A stretch of DNA of 32,000 bases from Geobacter sulfurreducens PCA. GTDB taxonomy: Bacteria > Desulfobacterota > Desulfuromonadia > Geobacterales > Geobacteraceae. How positions within the stretch are numbered: position 1 is the stretch's first letter; the number at the start of each line of letters is the position of its first letter. Positions 1 to 8,525 of the stretch are shown one piece after another. Location: assembly GCF_000007985.2 (NCBI RefSeq), contig NC_002939.5, positions 1,140,001-1,172,000 on the forward strand, in the 5' to 3' direction. The notes under the pieces were generated by a model. The model saw only the letters and a list, made by a program, of their open reading frames with translations. It searched no databases and was not told the origin of the DNA. The position numbers and the translations under genes are program-made.

Positions 1-238
1 CTGCCAGAGAATACGAACCGCGCCGCGGCTTGGACGAAAAACCGAATCCCTTCAGGTCGATCAGGTAAAGGGTGAAACGGCCAGGGGAGAAGAGGGGGAC
101 CAGATCGTCCCATGTGGTCAGGGCCGCGGCAAAACCGTGGATAAAGACCACGCTCACCGGGCCACAGCCGTGGATACGATAGTGAATGCTGGTGTCGGGG
201 GAATAGGCGAAGAAGGAACCGGACGAAGTGCTGCCCAT
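1..238 (-). CDS. alpha/beta-fold hydrolase, N-terminal part (continues past window start)
   Basis: Own minus-strand translation from ATG at 238: MGSTSSGSFFAYSPDTSIHYRIHGCGPVSVVFIHGFAAALTTWDDLVPLFSPGRFTLYLIDLKGFGFSSKPRRGSYSLA. It has the IHGF and DLKGFGFS motifs typical of alpha/beta hydrolase N-termini. The frame is open to base 1. It is absent from the ORF track because it has no stop in the window. Confidence 0.75.
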   Translation of the reverse strand, partial: MGSTSSGSFFAYSPDTSIHYRIHGCGPVSVVFIHGFAAALTTWDDLVPLFSPGRFTLYLIDLKGFGFSSKPRRGSYSLA

Positions 239-247
239 GGTCGCGGA

Positions 248-1309
248 TCAGCCGGCGCGCTGGCCGCCGGCCCGGCTCTCCTTGTCGGGGCCGGCGGTGG
301 CGTTGTCCTGGCCGACGCCGGACATGATGTGGAAAATGCCGCAGGTGGCATAGGGTTTCCCGTCCCGGAAATTGCACGATACGGAGCCGGTGACCGGTAC
401 GATCCGGCCGTGTTTTGTTACGAACGAGAAGGAGACCGGCCCTGAACGCGCGCCGGCCAGCAGTCTCATGAATATCTCGCGGCAATGATCCACGGACTCA
501 GGATGAATGACGTCGAAGATTGAGAGCGTGGCGAGATCGTCGTCAGTGTAGCCCAGAGTGGTACGCCATGCCCGGTTCACATAGTTGATTGAACCGTCGA
601 TGGCTATGCTCTGGAACAAGTCGCTGGCATTGTCGAGGATCAGGTCATACATCCCCTCGCGTTCGCGGAGCGTATCGAGCACCCGCTTCTCCTCGGTAAT
701 GTCCGTGTAGAAGAGAACCACGTGGGTGATGTCGCCGAAGCGGTTCTTGATGGGGGCGCCGTGGACGTTGAACCATCTCCCGACGCGGCCGCACTCGCTG
801 CGCCGCTCGGCGCGTTTCGAGGCTATGATGCTCGTGAAAATGCAGCCTTCGGGATATTTCGTGCGGCAGATGATTTCGTCGCAGGTCTTCCCGATGGGGT
901 TGCCGTCGTAGGCGAATATTTTCCGGGCCTGGGAGTTGCTCGCCTGGATGTTCATCGAGGTGTCCAGCACGAAAATGGCGGCGTCGGAACAGTCGAAGAT
1001 TCCCTGGATCTCGTCATGGGCCAGCTTCAGCTCGGCATTCACCTCTTTCATGTGCTCAAGAATCTGTTCGAAGGAATCGCAGACGATGCCGATGGGATCC
1101 ACTTCCAGCAGGCTGCGGTCGTCAAGCTCTTCGTGGCGCAGGGGGAGGGTACCGATGGTGGTCAGCAGGTGGTTCGTCTTCTCCCGGATATAGGCGATAG
1201 CCTTGCGCTCCCGCTCGGCCAGTTCCTCGTTTTCCCTGCGGAGCCGGCGTATCTCGTCCCTGCCGGACAGATTGCCGAAAAATGATTTCAACGTATCAAT
1301 GAGGCCCAT
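248..1309 (-). CDS. stand-alone sensor protein: N-terminal coiled coil plus two PAS domains, no output domain
   Basis: 353-aa ORF. Charged heptad-like N-terminus (RDEIRRLRRENEELAERERK). Two PAS-like blocks, each ending in the ...DITE/GIFHI-type strands. The first block carries C-x4-C-x7-C (GKTCDEIICRTKYPEGC). The start overlaps the TusA-like stop by 14 nt. Confidence 0.8.
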   Translation of the reverse strand: MGLIDTLKSFFGNLSGRDEIRRLRRENEELAERERKAIAYIREKTNHLLTTIGTLPLRHEELDDRSLLEVDPIGIVCDSFEQILEHMKEVNAELKLAHDEIQGIFDCSDAAIFVLDTSMNIQASNSQARKIFAYDGNPIGKTCDEIICRTKYPEGCIFTSIIASKRAERRSECGRVGRWFNVHGAPIKNRFGDITHVVLFYTDITEEKRVLDTLREREGMYDLILDNASDLFQSIAIDGSINYVNRAWRTTLGYTDDDLATLSIFDVIHPESVDHCREIFMRLLAGARSGPVSFSFVTKHGRIVPVTGSVSCNFRDGKPYATCGIFHIMSGVGQDNATAGPDKESRAGGQRAG

Positions 1310-1553
1310 CGCTTCCGCCCGCCTGTGAGATCGTCAGCACGTAGTATCCGTTCCGTTTTTCCACCTGGCCCCCATATCCCATGTTGCGCACCGTTTCCGG
1401 GATCGTGATGGTTGCATCCCGATTGTCGGTCAGGAACACGAGCACGCAGTTCCCGTTTTTGAGGCTGGTGCGGTGGCGGTTGATTTCCTTCAGCGCAGTC
1501 AGCAGCGTGGAGGGGCAGATCTGGCCGCGGATGTCGAATTCAATGGTTTCCAT
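1296..1553 (-). CDS. TusA/SirA/YeeD-family sulfur-carrier protein
   Basis: 85 aa. The N-terminal FDIRGQICPSTLL contains the conserved active-site Cys context of TusA-like proteins. It lies immediately downstream of the YeeE/YedE gene. Confidence 0.8.
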   Translation of the reverse strand: METIEFDIRGQICPSTLLTALKEINRHRTSLKNGNCVLVFLTDNRDATITIPETVRNMGYGGQVEKRNGYYVLTISQAGGSDGPH

Positions 1554-1601
1554 GACATCAACCTCTGTCGCGAGATGGTCCCCAAGCCCGTCCGGGCCCG
1601 G

Positions 1602-2717
1602 TCATGCAAGAAGCCGGATGATGATCCTGCTCCCCAGCCAGGCTCCGGCCAGGAGCCCTGCTGTAAAGATGATGCTTTGCCACGCCAGGATCGGCAACCC
1701 TCCGGCCAGGTGCCAGATGTTGCAGGAGGGAGCCATTCGTGCGGCAAGGCCCATGAGTATCCCACCGGTCAGGGCGGCCAGGTACTGCCGGGCCGGGATG
1801 CGGTAGCGGAAGCCGAGCTCTCCCAGCAGGAGCGCGGAAAGCGCGCTGCCCGCGATGATTCCGGCGATGACCGGTACCTGGACAAGCGCGATTGCGTCCG
1901 TTACCGGCGCGGGTCCGCCGATAAGGGGCACTTCACCAAGGGGTGTCGTTGCCGCAAGGTTGAGCGGAAGCGCCAGAAAGTAGTTACGTTCGGCAATATG
2001 CCCGGGAATGACTCGGTCGAGAAGCCATCCTCCCGCCTTTGTGTAGGACGTTGTCACCCCCAGCGGCATGGTAGTGGCCATCACGGACAGGAGGCTGACC
2101 CCTGCCAGCGCCAGCGCCGTCCACCACGGCTGGAGGTAGCCTTCCACCTGTGCCTGGCGGGTCAGCATGCCCCGGCGTTGCCAGTGGAAGACAATCAGGG
2201 CGGCTACGATGGCCAGCGGCGTTGTGAGCCAATAGGGTTCAATCCCCAGAAACGCCGGGACCGTAACCCCCATCGCCGGCATGGCGGTAGCGTCGGCCAG
2301 GCGCTTCCAGACGGGGTGGATCTCTGCGTAGAGTGCGCTCCCGGCCACGAGCCCCGCCAGTGTAACCATCGCGGCAACGTTTCCCGCCCCGACCCGGTAG
2401 AGGGTCCCCACGACACACCCTCCCGCCAGCACCATGCCGACGCCGAAGATGGCGCCCCCCGCGAGGTTCGACGCGGAGGGTACTCCGAAAAGGGGGAAGG
2501 GGTACAGCGGCACCAACCCGCACACGCGTGCGACCTCGAACAGGACCATGGCAGCCGCTGACATCAGCAGCACTGGCCTGAGCATAGTGGCGCTGCCGAA
2601 GAGGAACAGGTCGCGAAACGCACCCGCCATGCAGAAGTCGGAACGGTGCATGACGAATCCCGCGACCATTCCCAGCAGCAGGCCGGCTGCCACGAGGGAT
2701 GCGGGATCCCCGGTCAT
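1602..2717 (-). CDS. yeeE: YeeE/YedE-family inner-membrane transporter (thiosulfate/sulfur- or selenium-compound uptake)
   Basis: 371 aa, polytopic and Gly/Ala-rich. Three conserved Cys contexts: SDFCMAGAFRD, LAGGCVVGTLYR and APSCNIWHLAGG. Paired with a TusA-like gene, as in yeeE-yeeD. Confidence 0.88.
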   Translation of the reverse strand: MTGDPASLVAAGLLLGMVAGFVMHRSDFCMAGAFRDLFLFGSATMLRPVLLMSAAAMVLFEVARVCGLVPLYPFPLFGVPSASNLAGGAIFGVGMVLAGGCVVGTLYRVGAGNVAAMVTLAGLVAGSALYAEIHPVWKRLADATAMPAMGVTVPAFLGIEPYWLTTPLAIVAALIVFHWQRRGMLTRQAQVEGYLQPWWTALALAGVSLLSVMATTMPLGVTTSYTKAGGWLLDRVIPGHIAERNYFLALPLNLAATTPLGEVPLIGGPAPVTDAIALVQVPVIAGIIAGSALSALLLGELGFRYRIPARQYLAALTGGILMGLAARMAPSCNIWHLAGGLPILAWQSIIFTAGLLAGAWLGSRIIIRLLA

Positions 2718-2834
2718 GCTCGGGACTGTGCCTTGATCCGGGCACTATCGGGTAGGCATGCTTTCATTAGTATCTTTATCGGCAATTCGGCAGGAAACTT
2801 GAGTGACGGACCCCCTGATTTCATCGCCGTTGCG

Positions 2835-3239
2835 TCAGGGGTCGGGTACCACCTTGACGGCCACCCGTCGATGACGCGGTCCGTCGAATTCACAGAGGTA
2901 GATCGACTGCCAGCTGCCGAGCAGCAATTTCCCCTCCACAATGAAGACTGTCAGCGAGGTTCCCGTGAGGGTTGATTTGATGTGTGCGTCCGAATTTCCT
3001 TCCGCGTGGGTGAAGTACGGATCGATGGGGACAAGCCGATCGAGAAAGTTGACCATGTCGCGCTGAACAGCCGGGTCGGCCCCCTCGTTGATGGTGATTC
3101 CCGCCGTGGTGTGAAGCACGAACAAGTGGCACACGCCGTTCCGGACGGCGGCGGACCGCACCTGCTCCTGCACCGCGGACGTGATGTCGATCATGTCGGT
3201 TCGCGTTCTGCTCTTGAATTCCAGGTGCCTGATCATCAC
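2835..3239 (-). CDS. yjbQ: YjbQ/UPF0047 family protein (secondary thiamine-phosphate synthase-like)
   Basis: 134 aa. Motifs HTTAGITINEGADP, DPYFTHAEGNSDAHIKS and GSWQSIYLCEFDGPR match the YjbQ family as I remember it. Confidence 0.85.
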   Translation of the reverse strand: MMIRHLEFKSRTRTDMIDITSAVQEQVRSAAVRNGVCHLFVLHTTAGITINEGADPAVQRDMVNFLDRLVPIDPYFTHAEGNSDAHIKSTLTGTSLTVFIVEGKLLLGSWQSIYLCEFDGPRHRRVAVKVVPDP

Positions 3240-3266
3240 GTCCCTCCTCCCAATCGCCCGGCGGGC

Positions 3267-3728
3267 TCATCTTATCTTCAACTTTTTCAGCATAATGCCG
3301 AGATATTTGTTAACGGGGTGTTCTCGGGCAAGAAAGTTCAGGACCGGCGGTTTCCGCAGGCCGAGCCGGCGCAGCTCCGATTCGATCAAGGTGTTGCGCT
3401 CATAGAGGAGCCCCTGGCGAAAGGTCCTGATGGCGTCGTCCTTGCGGCCGGAAAGGAGGTAAACCTTCCCCAGGTTCAGATAGAGGACCGAGCTGCGGGG
3501 TTCACGGCGAACCGCCTCCTCGCAGAGCCGGGTAGCATGCTCGAACTGTTGCCGCTCCCGGGCAACGCAGAAGGCAAGATAGGACCAGTTGACGGGAGTG
3601 CTCTGCAGCTTCACCACCCGTTCGAAGCATTCGAGTGCAGCAGCGGTCCTTCCGCTGTTGGCAGCCTTCATCCCGCGGGCGACAAGTTCCTGAAGTTCAT
3701 TTCCGGGCACGGCTTCCTCCCTGGGCAT
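3267..3728 (-). CDS. TPR-repeat protein
   Basis: 153 aa with 3-4 TPR-like helical repeats (AALECFERVVKL..., LYLNLGKVYLLSGRKDDAIRTFRQGL). No SD sequence upstream. A perfect TATAAT lies 11 nt upstream of the ATG. Confidence 0.7.
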   Translation of the reverse strand: MPREEAVPGNELQELVARGMKAANSGRTAAALECFERVVKLQSTPVNWSYLAFCVARERQQFEHATRLCEEAVRREPRSSVLYLNLGKVYLLSGRKDDAIRTFRQGLLYERNTLIESELRRLGLRKPPVLNFLAREHPVNKYLGIMLKKLKIR

Positions 3729-3739
3729 AGTCTGGTAGT

Positions 3740-3767
3740 ATTATAAATCGTTGACGACAGGAGTAAA
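3740..3767 (-). promoter_or_regulatory. candidate sigma70 promoter (TTTACT-N16-TATAAT) for the TPR-yjbQ operon, implying a near-leaderless transcript
   Basis: Minus strand reads ctgTTTACTcctgtcgtcaacgattTATAATactaccagactATG. Confidence 0.4.
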
Positions 3768-3858
3768 CAGTTAAGGTTGATCGTGTGAATTTGTCTTACC
3801 ATTCGCATTGCGTTTATGGTATACATAAAACTGTTTTATTAATACTAAAGGGGGCGTC

Positions 3859-5016
<1,158 letters not shown>

Positions 5017-5024
5017 ACGGGTCC

Positions 5025-5081
5025 GTAGGGGCGATCCTTGTGATCGCCTTCTGTCAGGGCAAACACAAGGTTTGCCCCTAC
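5025..5081. repeat. REP-like palindromic element (two internal hairpins bracketed by GTAGGGG...CCCCTAC) in the sucC-sucD spacer
   Basis: gtaggggcgatccttgtgatcgcc ttctgtca gggcaaacacaaggtttgcccctac. It contains ggcgatc/gatcgcc and gggcaaac/gtttgccc stems, and the outer arms gtaggggc/gcccctac are complementary. Confidence 0.6.
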
Positions 5082-5104
5082 ACATCAATTGACGGAGATC
5101 ATCA

Positions 5105-5980
5105 ATGTCCATACTCATCAACAGCGATTCGAAAATAGTCGTTCAGGGCATAACCGGCCGCAGCGGTCTCTTCCATACCCAGCAGTGCCGGGACTACGGC
5201 ACCAGGATCGTGGCCGGCGTCACCCCCGGCAAGGGGGGGATTCACATCGAAGGGATACCGGTCTTCAACAGCGTCGAGGAAGCGGTCAGGTACACCGGGG
5301 CCAATGTGTCCATGATCTTCGTCCCGCCGCCGGCCGCGGCCGACGCCATCCTTGAGGCGGCCGACGCGGGACTGGAACTGGCGGTCTGCATCACCGAAGG
5401 AATCCCGGTGCGCGACATGGTTCCGGTGAAGCGCATCCTCCAGGAGAGCCGGACCCGGCTCGTGGGACCGAACTGCCCTGGCGTCATCACTCCGGGCGAG
5501 TGCAAGGTGGGGATTATGCCCGGCTACATTCATAAGCCCGGCAAGATTGGTGTGGTCTCCCGCAGCGGCACCCTCACCTACGAGGCGGTCAAGCAGATCA
5601 CCGAGGCGGGGCTCGGTCAGTCCACCTGCGTCGGCATCGGCGGCGACCCGATCATCGGCATGAACTTCATTGACGTGCTCAAGCTCTTTAACGAGGACAA
5701 GAACACCGAGGCGGTCTTCATGATCGGTGAGATCGGCGGCACTGCCGAGGAAGAAGCGGCCTACTGGATCAAGGAAAACATGAAGAAGCCGGTGGCATCC
5801 TTTATCGCCGGCGTCACCGCGCCTCCGGGCAAGAGGATGGGGCATGCCGGCGCCATCATCACCGGCGGCAAGGGAAAAGCCGAGGACAAGATCCGGACCC
5901 TTTCCGAATGCGGGGTGGTGGTGGCCACCAGCCCCACCAAGATGGGCGTCGCCATGCTGGAAGCCCTGGGCAAGGGCTAG
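5105..5980 (+). CDS. sucD: succinyl-CoA synthetase alpha subunit
   Basis: 291 aa. Motifs [19 protein letters not shown] and the GHAGAII phosphohistidine loop. Confidence 0.97.
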   Translation: MSILINSDSKIVVQGITGRSGLFHTQQCRDYGTRIVAGVTPGKGGIHIEGIPVFNSVEEAVRYTGANVSMIFVPPPAAADAILEAADAGLELAVCITEGIPVRDMVPVKRILQESRTRLVGPNCPGVITPGECKVGIMPGYIHKPGKIGVVSRSGTLTYEAVKQITEAGLGQSTCVGIGGDPIIGMNFIDVLKLFNEDKNTEAVFMIGEIGGTAEEEAAYWIKENMKKPVASFIAGVTAPPGKRMGHAGAIITGGKGKAEDKIRTLSECGVVVATSPTKMGVAMLEALGKG

Positions 5981-6004
5981 GCGGTTCCGTTACCCTGTGG
6001 CTGA

Positions 6005-6036
6005 GCCCGTACCCTCGCGGGGGTACGGGTTTTTTC
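6005..6036 (+). terminator. intrinsic terminator of sucCD
   Basis: cccgtaccc-tcgcgg-gggtacggg followed by tttttt, 25 nt after the sucD stop. Confidence 0.75.
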
Positions 6037-6043
6037 GTTCATT

Positions 6044-6895
6044 TCAGGAGGCCAGGGGCATGACCTCGGCCGACGGCACGATCCTGTCACCATCCTCGCT
6101 GACCGTGTGGGCGCTGTGCTCGATCAGTTCGTAGAGGTGCCGGTACTTGGCCACCTCCATGGGCTGGGCCGTTTTCCTGCCGTAATACTTGCCCGGATGA
6201 GCGAAGACATCGGTGGCAACGCGATCGTCGTAGAGGGCGAAGTCGAAAGAGCTGTTGGTGTCGCGGCCGATGATCTCGCCCGCTGCCGGCAGCTCGTCCC
6301 GGTACACGATCCGGATGTCGATGTCGTCGCGGTAGTGGCTGAGGAGCACCTTCTGCACCTCCGGCTCTCCAAGTTCTTCCCGGTTGACGACAAAGATCCG
6401 CCTGATCCTCACGCCGCGGTCCAGGGCGCGCAGGTTTGCCTGGTAAAAGTTGACCAGGGCTCCCCTGGTCCACCATCCCGCCATCAGCGGATCCACGGCA
6501 CGTATTTCGCGTACCGCCTGATCGGACAGTTTCGCCCCTTCCAGGTAGAACTCATTCTCGTCCAGAGGAATGTACCCTTGCTGAAGAATCGTGATGGTGC
6601 GTCGGGTGCCGGCGATCAGCTCATGAGCCTTTGCCAGGCATTCGGGGTCGGCGATCCCGGCCATGGCAAAGGGGATTTCGTGGGCCTGCTGGTACTGTTC
6701 CACTAAGTGTGAGCGGTTTTTTTCGATCTCTTCGCGGATCAGGTAGGTGCCCAGGGCCAGCAGGATGCCGATGCCGAAGATCACGTAGGCGGCCTGCTCG
6801 TAGTGGAGCACCAGGTGGAAGAAGATCGCCAGTCCCGATCCCACGAGAAATTCGAGCCACACGGCCATTTCCTGTATCTTTTTTCCCATATTCAT
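6044..6895 (-). CDS. uncharacterised membrane-anchored protein (2 N-terminal TM helices plus about 200-aa soluble domain)
   Basis: 283-aa ORF with a strong SD (aaggagga, 7 nt before the ATG). TM segments are AVWLEFLVGSGLAIFFHLVL and AAYVIFGIGILLALGTYLI. I recognise no catalytic motif. Confidence 0.75.
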   Translation of the reverse strand: MNMGKKIQEMAVWLEFLVGSGLAIFFHLVLHYEQAAYVIFGIGILLALGTYLIREEIEKNRSHLVEQYQQAHEIPFAMAGIADPECLAKAHELIAGTRRTITILQQGYIPLDENEFYLEGAKLSDQAVREIRAVDPLMAGWWTRGALVNFYQANLRALDRGVRIRRIFVVNREELGEPEVQKVLLSHYRDDIDIRIVYRDELPAAGEIIGRDTNSSFDFALYDDRVATDVFAHPGKYYGRKTAQPMEVAKYRHLYELIEHSAHTVSEDGDRIVPSAEVMPLAS

Positions 6896-6921
6896 GGTGT
6901 TTCCTCCTTAATCGTCGCCAC

Positions 6922-6973
6922 AAAAAAAGCCGGGTCGCCTGAATATCGATCTCGATAATTCGGCGACCCGGCT
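6922..6973 (-). terminator. intrinsic terminator (12-bp stem plus U7) directly upstream of the SD of the 283-aa gene; riboswitch expression platform
   Basis: Minus strand reads agccgggtcgcc-(22-nt loop)-ggcgacccggct then ttttttt. The SD and ATG follow within 25 nt. Confidence 0.75.
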
Positions 6974-7036
6974 GTCTCGGTGAGACCCTGTGGGCTTTCC
7001 GTCCCATCCTCGCGGATGGTTTAGTATTGTCGTGTA
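6922..7036 (-). promoter_or_regulatory. GEMM-I-type (c-di-GMP / 3',3'-cGAMP class) riboswitch with intrinsic-terminator expression platform
   Basis: Minus strand reads ACUAAA-CCAUCC-GCGA-GGAUGG-GACGGAAAGCC-CAC-AGGGUCUC-ACC-GAGAC-AGCCGGGUCGCC. This matches the remembered GEMM-I core: GCAAA-CC(stem)-GNRA-(stem)GG-GACGCAAAGCC ... GGGUC ... GACAGCCGGGUNGCC. The 3' core strand doubles as the 5' arm of the terminator. Confidence 0.7.
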
Positions 7037-7169
7037 TCTGCGGCAGTGTTGACGCTATGTCTGAAGTGAGCTGACCTTAGCGCATTTCAATTCGAAAAGT
7101 CAAGTTTCAAATGTTATTGATTTGAATCGATAATGCTGTGATTTTGAAAATTAAAATTGTTGCCGATCG

Positions 7170-8366
7170 TCAGCTCCCGCCCAGGCCTGCGTCGCGGGCC
7201 AGCTCCCGCCATGCGGGCAGACTCCGTTCGATGACGCCCCGATCCACGCAGTAGGCGATCCTGAAGAAGCCGGGTGCGCCGAATCCGGCACCGGGGACGA
7301 GCAGAATGCGGTGTTTCTGGGCCATGGTGACGAATGCCACATCATCTGCCAGCGGCGATTGGGGAAAGAGGTAGAAGGCGCCGTCGGGCTTCACCATCCG
7401 GAACCCCATGGCGGTGAGGCTGTCGTAGAACAGGTCTCGCTTGGCCTGGTACTCGCCGATGTCCACGGAGGACCGCTGCAGCTTGGCCACGAGCCGCTGC
7501 ATGAGGGCCGGCGCATTCACAAAACCGAGCACCCGGTTGGAGAAGACCGCCCCTTCCATGAACTGTTCCACGCCGCGGGCGCGGGGATTGGCCGCCAGAT
7601 AGCCGATCCGCTCGCCGGGCAGGGCCAGGTCCTTGCTGTGGGAGGTGACGATGACAGAGCTCTGCACAAACCGGAAGATGTTCGGCACCTGCTTGCCGTC
7701 GTAGCTGATGCGGGCATAGGGCTCGTCGGAGATAACGTAGATCTGGCGGTCGAAGCGCCGCTCCATCCGTGCCACCATCTCGCCCAGAGCCGCCAGGCTC
7801 TCTTCAGGATAAATGACGCCGGTGGGGTTGTTGGGCGAGCAGATGATGATCGCCCGGGTCTTGGCGGTCATGGCCGCCTCGATGGCCGCCACGTCGAGCT
7901 GGAAGGTCTCGCGGTCGGTCCAGACCTCCCGTGGCACGCCGCCGTGGTTATCGATGTAGAATTTATATTCCACGAAGTAGGGGGCCAGGATGATCACCTC
8001 TTCCCCCGGGTTGAGAATAGTCTTCAGGACCACGTTGAGGGCGCCGCCGGCCCCACAGGTCATGATGACGTGGTCGGCCTTCACCTCGAAGCCTGCCGCC
8101 TCGGAAAGAACTTCGGCCACGGCACCGCGGGTTTCCGCATAGCCGGCGTTGCTCATGTAGCGGTGCATGCCGGGCACGGGGTGCCGAGCCAGGTTGAGGA
8201 GTTCTTCCCGGAACTGCTCGGGTGGCTCCGTGTCGGGGTTGCCGATGGTGAAATCGTACACATTGTCGGCGCCGTGGATCTGCCGCAGTCGCTCCCCCTC
8301 CTCGAACATCTTGCGAATCCATGACGACTTGGAAATGTGGCCGGCGATTTTCGTGGCGATAGGCAT
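7170..8366 (-). CDS. pyridoxal-phosphate-dependent aminotransferase, class I/II (aspartate/aromatic aminotransferase-like)
   Basis: Motifs IGNPD, NNPTG and SHSKDLALPGERIGY (PLP-lysine context). I place the start at MPIATKIAG (ATG at 8366). The track ORF extends to 8453 through a Pro/Ser-rich, G-run-encoded stretch that looks non-coding. Confidence 0.9.
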   Translation of the reverse strand: MPIATKIAGHISKSSWIRKMFEEGERLRQIHGADNVYDFTIGNPDTEPPEQFREELLNLARHPVPGMHRYMSNAGYAETRGAVAEVLSEAAGFEVKADHVIMTCGAGGALNVVLKTILNPGEEVIILAPYFVEYKFYIDNHGGVPREVWTDRETFQLDVAAIEAAMTAKTRAIIICSPNNPTGVIYPEESLAALGEMVARMERRFDRQIYVISDEPYARISYDGKQVPNIFRFVQSSVIVTSHSKDLALPGERIGYLAANPRARGVEQFMEGAVFSNRVLGFVNAPALMQRLVAKLQRSSVDIGEYQAKRDLFYDSLTAMGFRMVKPDGAFYLFPQSPLADDVAFVTMAQKHRILLVPGAGFGAPGFFRIAYCVDRGVIERSLPAWRELARDAGLGGS

Positions 8367-8464
8367 GGCGAACCTCTGTGGAAAATAATGTATATCAGCT
8401 TGTAACACAGGGGAGGGGGAAGGGCAAGAGGGGGGATTGACGGGAGTGCTCATGCGTTTGCCTG

Positions 8465-8493
8465 TTGAAGGAATGAGAATTGCTTACTATTAT
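8465..8493 (+). promoter_or_regulatory. candidate sigma70 promoter TTGAAG-N17-TATTAT
   Basis: ttgaag gaatgagaattgcttac tattat, 33 nt upstream of the GTG at 8526. Confidence 0.45.
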
Positions 8494-8525
8494 GGTGCGC
8501 TGATAGAAGGCGGTGAGAGATCGTC

